From Candidatus Thorarchaeota archaeon (GTDB lineage: Archaea > Asgardarchaeota > Thorarchaeia > Thorarchaeales > Thorarchaeaceae): a DNA stretch of 64,000 bases. The position numbers and the translations under genes were made by a program. The DNA lies in the NCBI GenBank assembly GCA_004524445.1, contig SDNP01000014.1, forward strand, positions 9,013-73,012, written 5' to 3'. Below the pieces are notes generated by a model. That model was given only the letters and a program-made list of their open reading frames with translations, did not search any database and was not told the origin of the DNA. Below, one piece after another: positions 46,739 through 58,615 of this stretch; position 1 is the first letter of the stretch, and every line of letters begins with the position of its first letter.

Positions 46739-46908
46739 AAAAGGAATCCTTATGGTAGAAAAATATCATCTGGCGCTAATAACATCTGCAAACTCATAGT
46801 TTAAATTAACAGTTTCCTCGCGTTTCAAGACTACCAACTTTGGTAGTTGGTTAAATGCATTGAATGAATACTCATTAGCAGTTCACCAGATCCACTAACG
46901 GGCGGTAA

Positions 46909-49167
<2,259 letters not shown>

Positions 49168-49184
49168 AGGAGCAGTGAATTGAT

Positions 49185-49445
49185 TTGGCACCATGGAATG
49201 CTATTCCGTTACGTAATCTAATAATGAACATCCTAGACAAGCGGAAAGGCGTCATCCTAGATGACGAATTAGAGCGCGCTCTGAAGAAGGAGATGGGAAG
49301 CGAGCCTAGCGCGGCAGAACTTAATCATGCTCTTATGCAACTAGAGATAAATGGTCTGATTCATGTCAATCAGATTACAAAGACAAAACGGCATATTGAA
49401 GTTGCAGCTGAAGGCACTGAATTCCTAGCAGTAGACGAGGATTGA
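49185..49445 (+). CDS. Small winged-helix protein downstream of cdc48
   Basis: W..IPL, ELNHALMQLEINGLIHV; AGGAG SD. Confidence 0.75.
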   Translation: MAPWNAIPLRNLIMNILDKRKGVILDDELERALKKEMGSEPSAAELNHALMQLEINGLIHVNQITKTKRHIEVAAEGTEFLAVDED

Positions 49446-49475
49446 TTCACACCTCAATCTTGAGGATGAAGGGCA

Positions 49476-49937
49476 ATGAGTAATCAAAGAGTACTAGCTG
49501 CAGGAAAATTCGATATATTGCATTTGGGTCACATCGCCTACCTGAAACAAGCCAAAGAGCTAGTTGGAAAAGAGGGGGAGCTAGTAGTGATTATTGCACG
49601 GGATGATACTATTGAACGCGAGAGGGGTGCACCTCCGGTATTCCCCCAAGAACAACGCAGAGCAATTGTAGAATCTCTGGAAATGGTCGACACAGCAGTG
49701 ATCGGCTATAAAACAAGAGACCATTGTAGGATAGTTGTTGACGTGAATCCAGATATCCTAGCTTTGGGTTATGACCAAGAAGCAGACACAGATTCATTGC
49801 AGAAATGCTTCGAAACAAACAATATGACAACAGAGATTGTTCGTCTGGAAAAAAGGGAAGCAGACGGTCTATGTTCCTCAACCCAAATACGGAAACGGAT
49901 ACTTGATTATTATCGAGAAAATGGAAAAGTCCGTTAA
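49476..49937 (+). CDS. ribL: FAD synthase (cytidylyltransferase family)
   Basis: GKFDILHLGH, IARD, PDILALGYDQ and SSTQI motifs. Confidence 0.85.
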   Translation: MSNQRVLAAGKFDILHLGHIAYLKQAKELVGKEGELVVIIARDDTIERERGAPPVFPQEQRRAIVESLEMVDTAVIGYKTRDHCRIVVDVNPDILALGYDQEADTDSLQKCFETNNMTTEIVRLEKREADGLCSSTQIRKRILDYYRENGKVR

Positions 49938-49941
49938 CATC

Positions 49942-51297
49942 CTAGATGACTATTTCTCCTCTTGCCTTTGCCTTTCGAATATCCCTTTCTCTTTGCTCCC
50001 TTCTATTGAATGTCCATCTCCAAAGTACAAATGCCGCCGCTGAGCCTGCAAACATCCCAGCTAAGCCCAGAAGAGTCCACCACCCAAAGGGGAAGTGTCC
50101 ACTAAAATCAATTATAGGGCCAGAGAGGAAGTATGGGGCATTGAGTAGAGAACCAAATGCATACAGGAATCCAACGATGGTTAGCTCCTTGAGATAGCCA
50201 ACGGCGTGTTCATCCTCGTCAAAGAAGAATATCATCCCGCCCATCCAGAAGAGATACCAAGGCATAACCCATCTGAAGACAAATAGAATAGCAGGTAGTA
50301 GATATACATACAAAGGAATCAACTTCCGCAACCTTTCCATCAAAGTGCCTTTCTTGAGCTCTGATAATTCTGGGAGATATTGAGGCAAAGTGTACAGCAT
50401 AAATCCGATGTAAATGATGAGCGGGATTATAGCTGGCGGCCATACATACGTTCCACCGTTTGAGGAGAATAAATCCGGAGTCGCCCATGAGAGACCGGGA
50501 TACATGGGATTGACTATGACCTCACTGTAGTTTGATGTATTCAAGAAGTGAGAGATCAACGAATCAAAGCTTGCTCCTAAGAATAGGAATGGTATGACTG
50601 TGAGTAAGGACGAAATAAGAAACCAGATTATGCTGGTAGGAGCAGAGATGAACAACAGTGGAAAGGCTACAGCAGAATATATCTTCGTTTGAACTGAGAG
50701 ACCTAATGTTAGCATTGCTTTTCCGTACTGTTTTTCTTGCCTCAGAAGAAGTGCCATTAGAAGTAAACAATCAACAATAGGCTCAAGCTTCCCTCCTCCG
50801 GCAGACATGATAAGACCATAAACAAAGTACCCTGCAAAGAAAAACCTCGCCCACTGTACCTCGTAAAGCTTCTCTTTCAACAGACAAGCAATAAGAACCA
50901 AGTTAAGATTGAAGACTAACACCAACAGAAAATTCAACCAGAGGTGCTGCATCATGCCTACTCCCGGATATAACCAAGTCGCAATCGCAAAGAAGATGAG
51001 CCCGAAGACAGGATACTCATACGTGATGTTACCCAAATATGATGGAAGAGTATGGTAACCATCTGTGAATGGAGGCCCCAAAGCCTCTGCCACTTCGGTA
51101 TCGGTCATATCATAGACGCCAAATCCAAACACCCAGAAGGCTTCTCCATACATTTCATTTCTATTTCTATCTCTTTGAATAACTAAGGTGTTGGCAATGG
51201 GAATTGCAATCAATGAGATTGCAAGACTCAAAACCAGATACTTGCGCATCTCGTAAATCTTGAATGAGATTGCACTTAGCACTTCGACGTCAACCAT
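49942..51297 (-). CDS. Polytopic GT-C-type (GT87-like) glycosyltransferase
   Basis: YEYP motif in the first external loop, S.QTKIY, PWYLFW; ~11 TM. Confidence 0.6.
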   Translation of the reverse strand: MVDVEVLSAISFKIYEMRKYLVLSLAISLIAIPIANTLVIQRDRNRNEMYGEAFWVFGFGVYDMTDTEVAEALGPPFTDGYHTLPSYLGNITYEYPVFGLIFFAIATWLYPGVGMMQHLWLNFLLVLVFNLNLVLIACLLKEKLYEVQWARFFFAGYFVYGLIMSAGGGKLEPIVDCLLLMALLLRQEKQYGKAMLTLGLSVQTKIYSAVAFPLLFISAPTSIIWFLISSLLTVIPFLFLGASFDSLISHFLNTSNYSEVIVNPMYPGLSWATPDLFSSNGGTYVWPPAIIPLIIYIGFMLYTLPQYLPELSELKKGTLMERLRKLIPLYVYLLPAILFVFRWVMPWYLFWMGGMIFFFDEDEHAVGYLKELTIVGFLYAFGSLLNAPYFLSGPIIDFSGHFPFGWWTLLGLAGMFAGSAAAFVLWRWTFNRREQRERDIRKAKARGEIVI

Positions 51298-51412
51298 CCT
51301 GTTATACTATAATGGGGTTAGGCTCTTGCATGGGGGTTCTGCCGTATCAATTAACTCTTTTGCAAAGCTGTGAGGTCCTTCGAGTGGCTAGATTTCCATT
51401 TCGTTGAAAATC

Positions 51413-53371
51413 TCATGCTAAGTAAGTGGGGCAAGGCCAGTTATCACATTGTAGACAATTGACACACTTTTCTTCATCGACAACAATTCCATCATCGGTC
51501 AAAATCAATGCCGCATGTTCGCATTGTGCTACACAGGTTCCGCATCTTTGACAAAAAATAGCTCGTTTGACCGCCCTGTTCATCATCTCTGTTAGTTTGC
51601 TGATACTATCTTCGCCGTCTCCTCTCACAATCACAGATCCAGAGGTGAATAGGTTAATTGTACCATTTTCGGACTTAGTTCGCAATGCACCTATTTCTTC
51701 ACTAGTTTTGGTAGGCCCAAAGATGGGAAATACCTTGGAAACCCGAGTAATATCAACGCCTCCCGAAAACTGCCCCTCAAGGCTATATGGAGCTGCAACG
51801 CAGGGAGAGATTCCCTTGGTGATGCTGAGGTTTAGAGTATCAGATGGAGAGGGACGCTCAGATTTGATTGAAAGATTCATTCGTTTTGCTAACTTCCTTT
51901 GCCCACTGGGCAAGCTCTTCCAGCGCCAAAAGCCATGGGTGACCCATTCTTCTGGATAATCTAACCTCTTTGACCAATCATGAAGAGTTTCCATTAACTG
52001 TTTGAATTCTTCTGGATGGGTTTCTTCCAAGCTGTTTAACTCCTCTAGTGGCGAAGAGGGGCAAAGGTAGCAGCCAATCCTATGATACCCCATATTATAG
52101 AGCGCGTTGAACGGTGCCTGTTCCCGAAAGATGTAAAGCCATACTTCTAGCGCATTCCAATTCTGTATTGGGTTGGCACCAGTCTGTCCGGGTACCCAGG
52201 GATTTGAGGTGACACGTGGTTCCTTTGATCGTTGAAAGGATTCAAGTTTTCTCTGACCCATGAATGAGAGACTCTCTCCACCGAGTTCTTCCGAAATGGT
52301 GGTTGCTGCAGGCCCAAGTTTCAGAATCTTACAACACCAGCGAAAGTCCCTAGCGGGAGGACCAAAAACCTCTACAGATTCCCAAAAATGATCGCGAGCC
52401 TTGGCACCAAGAACTTCAACCCCCCGGTCTTTCGCAAACTCCCTCACATATCGTACCGTTTCAGGGAATTCAAGACCGGTGTCTACAAAGAACAACGGGG
52501 GACTATAATCAAGAGCCTTCTCTACAACAAGATATGTTGCAAGAGAATCTTTGCCACCGCTGAAACCGACTACTGGAGTTGCTTCTGTTCGATGGACTAT
52601 ACGTTTGATAAAGGAGATGGCTTCTTCTTCAATCGATTCCAAGTCAGTCTGATTTGCTGCAACAGCCTTATCCCATGAAGAGGACACTGAGTTGACGCGT
52701 GGTGGTTCTGGATCTGCTGCCTCTCTTATCTTAATTGCATAACCTTTCTCAGCCTTGGCCATCTCATCGCCTGACATTCTGGCTGTACCGACTGCTATAA
52801 CTTCTCCATCTGGATTCAGAATCCAGACTTCATCCCCAACCTCTATTTCTGAGTCACAACCTATAATCCCAGGCATCAGCAAGTTTGCACCATCCTTGAG
52901 AAACTTCAAAATGCCATCATGGCTCGAAACCCATTTCTGCTTACTGACTGGTGCTAACCGACGGGCACCCTCCAGAGTCAGAAGTAGAGAATAATCTAGT
53001 TCCGGGATATCAAAACGAAGACGAGCGATAACCAACCCATCTACAATAATCTCATACATCGAATCAAGGCCTGAGATTTTGCTCATAACTACAGTCTTAT
53101 CGGGCGGAAGTAGTTTTTCAGCCACGCCCTCGCCAAATTGCCTGTCAATTACCCGTTTGGCTCGCCTTAGATGGCCTTCCATTGCTGGAAAGGGGTCTCC
53201 TGGAGGAGAGATTTGAACGCGTCTAGACTCTTCTCCACACAAGGAACATTCTGTTTCGGATATCCTCGGAACATTGCAGTTATCACACCAGAATAACCTT
53301 ATCTCAGCTAAGAAGGGGGCATGGCCTCCTCTATGCTTACTACCTCTGGATTTCCGAGCCAGCCAAATCAA
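51413..53371 (-). CDS. PAPS-reductase family protein with PUA and 4Fe-4S domains
   Basis: WCDNCNVP, GANLLMPGI (PUA), FSGGKDS, RWCCKILKLGP, RIGCYLCP and C-terminal ferredoxin motifs. Confidence 0.9.
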   Translation of the reverse strand: MIWLARKSRGSKHRGGHAPFLAEIRLFWCDNCNVPRISETECSLCGEESRRVQISPPGDPFPAMEGHLRRAKRVIDRQFGEGVAEKLLPPDKTVVMSKISGLDSMYEIIVDGLVIARLRFDIPELDYSLLLTLEGARRLAPVSKQKWVSSHDGILKFLKDGANLLMPGIIGCDSEIEVGDEVWILNPDGEVIAVGTARMSGDEMAKAEKGYAIKIREAADPEPPRVNSVSSSWDKAVAANQTDLESIEEEAISFIKRIVHRTEATPVVGFSGGKDSLATYLVVEKALDYSPPLFFVDTGLEFPETVRYVREFAKDRGVEVLGAKARDHFWESVEVFGPPARDFRWCCKILKLGPAATTISEELGGESLSFMGQRKLESFQRSKEPRVTSNPWVPGQTGANPIQNWNALEVWLYIFREQAPFNALYNMGYHRIGCYLCPSSPLEELNSLEETHPEEFKQLMETLHDWSKRLDYPEEWVTHGFWRWKSLPSGQRKLAKRMNLSIKSERPSPSDTLNLSITKGISPCVAAPYSLEGQFSGGVDITRVSKVFPIFGPTKTSEEIGALRTKSENGTINLFTSGSVIVRGDGEDSISKLTEMMNRAVKRAIFCQRCGTCVAQCEHAALILTDDGIVVDEEKCVNCLQCDNWPCPTYLA

Positions 53372-53383
53372 TCCTCACTAAAT

Positions 53384-54049
53384 CTATTTCTTTGCACCTT
53401 TAATTATGTCAATGCCTCTGCTTGCGCCAATCCTAGTAGCACCGGCATCAATCATCGAGATTGCATCTTCATAGGTTCCAATTCCGCCAGCGGCCTTGAT
53501 GCCGAGGGCATCACCGACTGTGTCTTGCATGATTCTAACGTCCTCAATGGAAGCGCCACGTGGACCAAATCCTGTTGATGTCTTTACAAAATGAGCCCCG
53601 GCTTTCTTCACCGTTTTACAGGCAGTTACAATCTCATCCTCTGTTAGGTACCCAGTTTCGAGGATTACTTTTACCGTATTGCTTTTTGCGGCTTTGACAA
53701 CGGCAGCTATGTCTTTTTCCACCCCTTTCAGATTTCCAGATTTCAACATACCGAGGTTCATCACCATGTCAATCTCTGTGGCTCCCTTCTCCACGGCTGA
53801 TTTCGTTTCAAAGGCCTTGGCATCCGTCAACATAGCACCAAGAGGAAACCCCACAACACTGCAGACCTCAACATCACTATCCTTGAGTTCTTCCAAGGCG
53901 ATTTCAACACAGCAGCTATTTACGCATACTGTTCCAAATTCATTTTCAACCGCCTCATGACAGAGCTCCCGAATCCTGTCCTCAGTGGCAATAGGCTTCA
54001 ATTCCGTATGGTCAATCATCTTGGCGAGTTTCTTCGCTGAGAGTTCCAA
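53384..54049 (-). CDS. deoC: Deoxyribose-phosphate aldolase
   Basis: IDHTELKP, VGFPLG, EIDMV, FVKTSTGF, IKAAGG, RIGAS. Confidence 0.97.
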   Translation of the reverse strand: MELSAKKLAKMIDHTELKPIATEDRIRELCHEAVENEFGTVCVNSCCVEIALEELKDSDVEVCSVVGFPLGAMLTDAKAFETKSAVEKGATEIDMVMNLGMLKSGNLKGVEKDIAAVVKAAKSNTVKVILETGYLTEDEIVTACKTVKKAGAHFVKTSTGFGPRGASIEDVRIMQDTVGDALGIKAAGGIGTYEDAISMIDAGATRIGASRGIDIIKGAKK

Positions 54050-54117
54050 TCATATCAGCTCCGAAATTGAAGCACGTTTTGGAAGGCTATTAATCCCTTC
54101 GAAAGCACAATTTCCTA

Positions 54118-54453
54118 CTATCTTCCACCAAGATAACTACGAATATCATCAAGAACTTCTTTCTGGAGCCGTATCACATCATGTACCTCGATCTCTTCCG
54201 CATCTTTGACTACAGAATTTAGTTGTACAACGGTTCCAACCGCTTCGACTTTGGCAAAATCAACAGGGAACTCAACTTCTGCTCCCTTCACAATAAGCTC
54301 AGATCTAGTAGGATGGAGAGCAATTCTGATACTTCTGACAATACCAATGCGACGAGCATTACTATCTAAGACCTCTTTCCCGAGAATACGTCCGGGCATA
54401 CTGAGCTCGTAAAGCTCTGCTTCAATACTTGGCATGGCCTCCTTGGTTGTCAT
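54118..54453 (-). CDS. PRC-barrel domain protein
   Basis: ILGKEVLDSNARRIGIVRSI...VEAVGTVVQL. Confidence 0.75.
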   Translation of the reverse strand: MTTKEAMPSIEAELYELSMPGRILGKEVLDSNARRIGIVRSIRIALHPTRSELIVKGAEVEFPVDFAKVEAVGTVVQLNSVVKDAEEIEVHDVIRLQKEVLDDIRSYLGGR

Positions 54454-54550
54454 ATATTGTTGGCTCCTTATACTATGATAAACGTGTAGGAGTCTTTTTA
54501 GACTGAGTATTATCAAGAATATTGGAAGCAATCAATACAAGCGTGCGTGT

Positions 54551-56878
54551 TTGATGTTGTCAAGAATAGAACCTGCAGTCGAATGGCCCCTCATCAAAAA
54601 GGGAGCAATAGAATACAGAGAGTACCAATTCAACTTGGCGGAAATTGCCTCAAAGGAGAGTACATTGGTTGTATTGAGCACTGGTCTAGGAAAGACAATA
54701 ATTGCAGTTCTAGTAGCTGCAAAGGTTCTTTCAAAGGATTCCGATGCTAAGGTGTTATTCTTAGCTCCATCGCGGCCTCTTGCAGATCAACAGGCACGGT
54801 TTCTGAAGAGGACACTGGATATTGACAACGACCAAATCGCATGCCTCACTGGACAGGACGGCCCCGAGGCAAGAGCCGATGCCTGGAACGGCCTTAGAGC
54901 TATTGCTATGACTCCGCAATCACTACAAAACGATATAGTACAAAGAAGCTATGATTTGAGCGATGTCGCATTAATCGTATATGATGAGGCACATCGTGGC
55001 GTCGGTGATTATGCATATACGTTCATTGCTGAGATGTATCAGAAACAAAGAGAAACGCCACTTAGTCTTGGCCTGACAGCATCACCAGGTCATGAGAGTG
55101 AGCAGATTAAGATTGTCTGTAAAAATCTTCGATTACCACATGTGGAGGTTAGAACCGTGCGTAGCCCAGATGTGCGCGACTACGTGGTTTCGGTGGAGTC
55201 TGATATTAGATACATAACACTGCCATCTGAGATAGAGGTATTGCGGGATATCTTGTATGCTCTCCTCGATGACTACGCTTCTCCAATAAGGGATTACGGC
55301 TATTCTCTTCCCAATAGTCGCCGAATGTCTAAAAAGGACATTCTCAGGACACAGGGTGAAGTCAGGCAGGAGATTGGTTCACAGACGGATCCAAACCCGA
55401 AACTATTCCTCCTGATTCGGAATCTTACAGCATGCATTAGAATTGTGCACCTCATTGAATTTGTCGGGACTCAGGGTCTTGCACCTACCTTCAGATATGT
55501 GCAAGGAATGTACGAGGAAGTAAGAAACAAGAAGAGCTCGAAAGGAGTTCAAAACCTGATTTCGAAAGCTGAGTTCCATCAATTCGAGAATCTTCTACAA
55601 GCCTTGATTGCCAAAGGCTATCGTCACCCCAAAGCAGACACACTGTTGGAAATAGTGAGCGAGCAACTCTCGTCCAATTTGGACTCTCGCATTCTAGTCT
55701 TTACCAGATTTCGAGATACCGCTGCAGAGGTGACAGAAACACTAGAGCAACTGGATGAAGTGAGAATCAGCAGATTTGTGGGACAGAGTTCAAGAGGGTC
55801 GGACAAGGGATTCACGCAGAAAAAGCAGATCGAAGTGCTTGACGGCTTCCGTAAGAACGAATACAACGTTCTTGTCGCAACACAAGTTGGCGAGGAAGGA
55901 CTGGATATCCCTGAATGCAATCTGGTGATATTTTATGACTGTGTGCCCTCAGTTGTACCTTATATACAGAGAAGAGGACGAACAGGCCGACAATCGCCAG
56001 GCAAAGTAGTCATTTTTGTTGCCCGAGGAACTCATGACGAGTTCTATCACTGGAGTGTCCTTAAGAAACTCAAGAAAGTGCCCACAGCCTTAGAAGAGGC
56101 AGAACAAGACGAGGCACAGACCAGTCTTGAAGAGTTTGATACGGAAGAAGACTATCCTGTCATTAAAGATGTATCAGAAAAGAGAAAGAGCAAACCAACA
56201 GTAGATGGAAACTCTATCAGCCTGATAGTAGATAGTAGGGAACTTTCAACTTCAGTAGCCCGAGAATTGACGAGGTTGGGGGTAAGGATCTCTGGAGAAA
56301 CTCTGGATATTGGAGACTATATTGCGTCCGATGAGGTGGCAATAGAACGAAAAGAGTCGAATGACTTCATTCAATCCCTAATCGATGGAAGACTATTTGC
56401 TCAGTTGACAACTTTAAGGACTGCTTACCGTCGGCCAGTCCTGTTAATTGAAGGAGAACAGTTAACCGGTTTACGCGCCATTAATCCAGCGTCACTCTAC
56501 GGCGCATTAGCATCCATTGCTGTAAGAATCCAAGTTCCTATAATTTGGGCACGTAACGCTGAAGAAACTGCTCATATCTTGTATAGAATTGCATATCTTG
56601 AACAAATCAAGTCCCAGAGACCCCTACGAACAAGAAGCGGAGAAACCAAAGGCACGGATGCAGAGGCATTAGAATACATCCTATCCGGATTTCCAGGCGT
56701 AGATACGGTGACCTCACGCAATATTCTTGTGGAATTTGGGACGCTGGATAAAATATTCTCGGCCAGTAAGGAGGACCTTCAAAAAGTAAGGGGCGTGGGG
56801 CCCAAGATAGCTGGAAGAATACGACGTCTACTAACAACCGAGTATCCTGATTATAGCCCACATCAAAAGGAGGAATAA
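54551..56878 (+). CDS. hef: Hef helicase-nuclease (FANCM/XPF-like)
   Basis: REYQ, TGLGKT, DEAH, TASPG, QRRGRTGR; VDSRE..GDY..ERK nuclease; HhH pair. Confidence 0.95.
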   Translation: MMLSRIEPAVEWPLIKKGAIEYREYQFNLAEIASKESTLVVLSTGLGKTIIAVLVAAKVLSKDSDAKVLFLAPSRPLADQQARFLKRTLDIDNDQIACLTGQDGPEARADAWNGLRAIAMTPQSLQNDIVQRSYDLSDVALIVYDEAHRGVGDYAYTFIAEMYQKQRETPLSLGLTASPGHESEQIKIVCKNLRLPHVEVRTVRSPDVRDYVVSVESDIRYITLPSEIEVLRDILYALLDDYASPIRDYGYSLPNSRRMSKKDILRTQGEVRQEIGSQTDPNPKLFLLIRNLTACIRIVHLIEFVGTQGLAPTFRYVQGMYEEVRNKKSSKGVQNLISKAEFHQFENLLQALIAKGYRHPKADTLLEIVSEQLSSNLDSRILVFTRFRDTAAEVTETLEQLDEVRISRFVGQSSRGSDKGFTQKKQIEVLDGFRKNEYNVLVATQVGEEGLDIPECNLVIFYDCVPSVVPYIQRRGRTGRQSPGKVVIFVARGTHDEFYHWSVLKKLKKVPTALEEAEQDEAQTSLEEFDTEEDYPVIKDVSEKRKSKPTVDGNSISLIVDSRELSTSVARELTRLGVRISGETLDIGDYIASDEVAIERKESNDFIQSLIDGRLFAQLTTLRTAYRRPVLLIEGEQLTGLRAINPASLYGALASIAVRIQVPIIWARNAEETAHILYRIAYLEQIKSQRPLRTRSGETKGTDAEALEYILSGFPGVDTVTSRNILVEFGTLDKIFSASKEDLQKVRGVGPKIAGRIRRLLTTEYPDYSPHQKEE

Positions 56879-56882
56879 GGTG

Positions 56883-57566
56883 CTAGTAGACGTGGGGATT
56901 GTCGCCTTTTCCGTGGCGATATGCTTCTCTTAATCTATCTGCGATGGATCTACTGATTTCCCAATACTCCTCGTAATCTTGGTTGTTTAGTCGCACTAAA
57001 CTAAGGAATTTGCGAAAAACCACATATAACATCGGGTCAATCGAGCAGACTTCCTCAAGGGACTCTTGTACCTTCTCTCGCCCCTTGATGTAGATTTTTT
57101 CCCGCTCAACAAAGGCATCTGCAATTGCCTTCATTTCTTCTTCAGTCAGCTCTAAACCTAGCTCTCTCATAGTTCCTATGATATCAAGAGTCTTGTCCAA
57201 ATCATAGGTTTCTCTGGCCGGAAGACTATCCATATCGCCAGTAGCGATGAATATGCTTTCAGCTGTGGCACGCCAGAGTTTCTTCATGATGTGAGTATCG
57301 CCATTTCCAGCAGGCTCATAGCCGTCCTGCTCAACCAGACCGCATTTTTCCAGCTCCTTAATATGATAACGTACGGTCTGTGGCTTCAATTCCCTCTCAG
57401 GATCTCGATGTGATAGAAAGTCGCATAGGTCAGAGGTAGACATCCTCTTAGCTCTTAGAGCGTGAAGAATTTGTCTACGATTCTCGTCATTAAGTGCTCT
57501 AACAGCATCGATTGCATCCTGACCGGTGAGAATCCTCAGGGTATCTAATTGCTTCATTTCCTGCAA
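56883..57566 (-). CDS. ArsR-type winged-helix transcriptional regulator
   Basis: ALNDENRRQILHAL...QTVRYHIKELEKCGLVE. Confidence 0.85.
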   Translation of the reverse strand: MQEMKQLDTLRILTGQDAIDAVRALNDENRRQILHALRAKRMSTSDLCDFLSHRDPERELKPQTVRYHIKELEKCGLVEQDGYEPAGNGDTHIMKKLWRATAESIFIATGDMDSLPARETYDLDKTLDIIGTMRELGLELTEEEMKAIADAFVEREKIYIKGREKVQESLEEVCSIDPMLYVVFRKFLSLVRLNNQDYEEYWEISRSIADRLREAYRHGKGDNPHVY

Positions 57567-57621
57567 GAGTCTTACCTCCTATGGGATGAGGGTAAAGACA
57601 CTAGCATTGTGTCTGTCCCTA

Positions 57622-57867
57622 CTATGCTGGTACATAGATGAACTGCCTCATGTCTTGCAGACATGGAACCCTCTTGACTAACTTCATTTTGAGAAGCTTT
57701 CTTAGGGCGTATCTAACAGTTCGTGGAGCAAAAGATACCTCATCAAGTAGCTGCTTTGGAGTAATACCGTCCTTACCGTCTGTACGGAGGATGTCCAGTA
57801 CAACTCTCTGACTCTTGGTCAGTTTCTTTCCTTCTAATTCATTTTCTAGTTCTTCTTTGCTTAACAT
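57622..57867 (-). CDS. Small MarR-type winged-helix protein, tandem copy 3
   Basis: LTKSQ..VLDILR..G.TPK.L...SFAPRTVRYALRKL..DMRQ..Y. Confidence 0.85.
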   Translation of the reverse strand: MLSKEELENELEGKKLTKSQRVVLDILRTDGKDGITPKQLLDEVSFAPRTVRYALRKLLKMKLVKRVPCLQDMRQFIYVPA

Positions 57868-57871
57868 AATA

Positions 57872-58090
57872 TCACCGTTCTGATGGTAGGTAGATGTGTT
57901 GTCTCATATCGGAGAGATTAGGTATTCTATCAGCCAACCCTTTTCGTAATAATTTTCGAAGGGCGTGGCGTACCGTCCTCGGAGCAAAGGAAACACGTTC
58001 CATTAGCTCATTAGGGGTCATCCCATTTCGACCGCGTGTCCTCAGGATATTAACAATCTCTCTCTGACTTCTGGTTAATTGGTCATTCAA
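57872..58090 (-). CDS. Small MarR-type winged-helix protein, tandem copy 2
   Basis: LTRSQ..ILR..SFAPRTVRHALRKL..DMRQHIY. Confidence 0.85.
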   Translation of the reverse strand: MNDQLTRSQREIVNILRTRGRNGMTPNELMERVSFAPRTVRHALRKLLRKGLADRIPNLSDMRQHIYLPSER

Positions 58091-58105
58091 ATTCGTTCAA
58101 CTCTT

Positions 58106-58351
58106 TCAGGCAGGCAGATAGATGTACTGCCGCATATCTTGAAGGCATGGTACTCGTTTGATCAATTTTTTCTTCAGAAGTTTCCTGAGTGCGTACCTAA
58201 CGGTTCGCGGAGCAAAGGACACCTCATCAAGTAGCTCTTTAGGAGTGACTCCATTCTTTCCACTGTCACGTAGAATATCAAGAACAATCTTCTGACTCTT
58301 GGTCAGCTTAAGATTCTTCAACTCTTGTTCGAGTTCCTTTTCGCTCATCAT
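58106..58351 (-). CDS. Small MarR-type winged-helix protein, tandem copy 1
   Basis: LTKSQ..VLDILR..SFAPRTVRYALRKL..DMRQYIY. Confidence 0.85.
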   Translation of the reverse strand: MMSEKELEQELKNLKLTKSQKIVLDILRDSGKNGVTPKELLDEVSFAPRTVRYALRKLLKKKLIKRVPCLQDMRQYIYLPA

Positions 58352-58615
58352 CGCGTTTCTACCTGTTTGTGATTTCTCTTGGTTGATGACTCTCTCCCCG
58401 AGATGTCGTAACCAACACGTGATTAACCGTACAACAATCCTTATTAACTTATCGCAGGATGGGGCTGCTTTATCGCGGTCTGGTACTGCGGATTAAAAGG
58501 CGTATTGGATTTAATCGCTGTTCGTTGGATTTAGGCAATTTAAGGTTTCTATCATAGCAACTTCAGCGGTCAACAAACTCTATATTGGAGCACCCCTCTA
58601 AAGACCTGATCAAAC

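Noticed and set aside
46830-46853. Short inverted repeat CTACCA-ACTT-TGGTAG upstream of cdc48
   Set aside because: Only 6-bp arms and a single occurrence; could arise by chance
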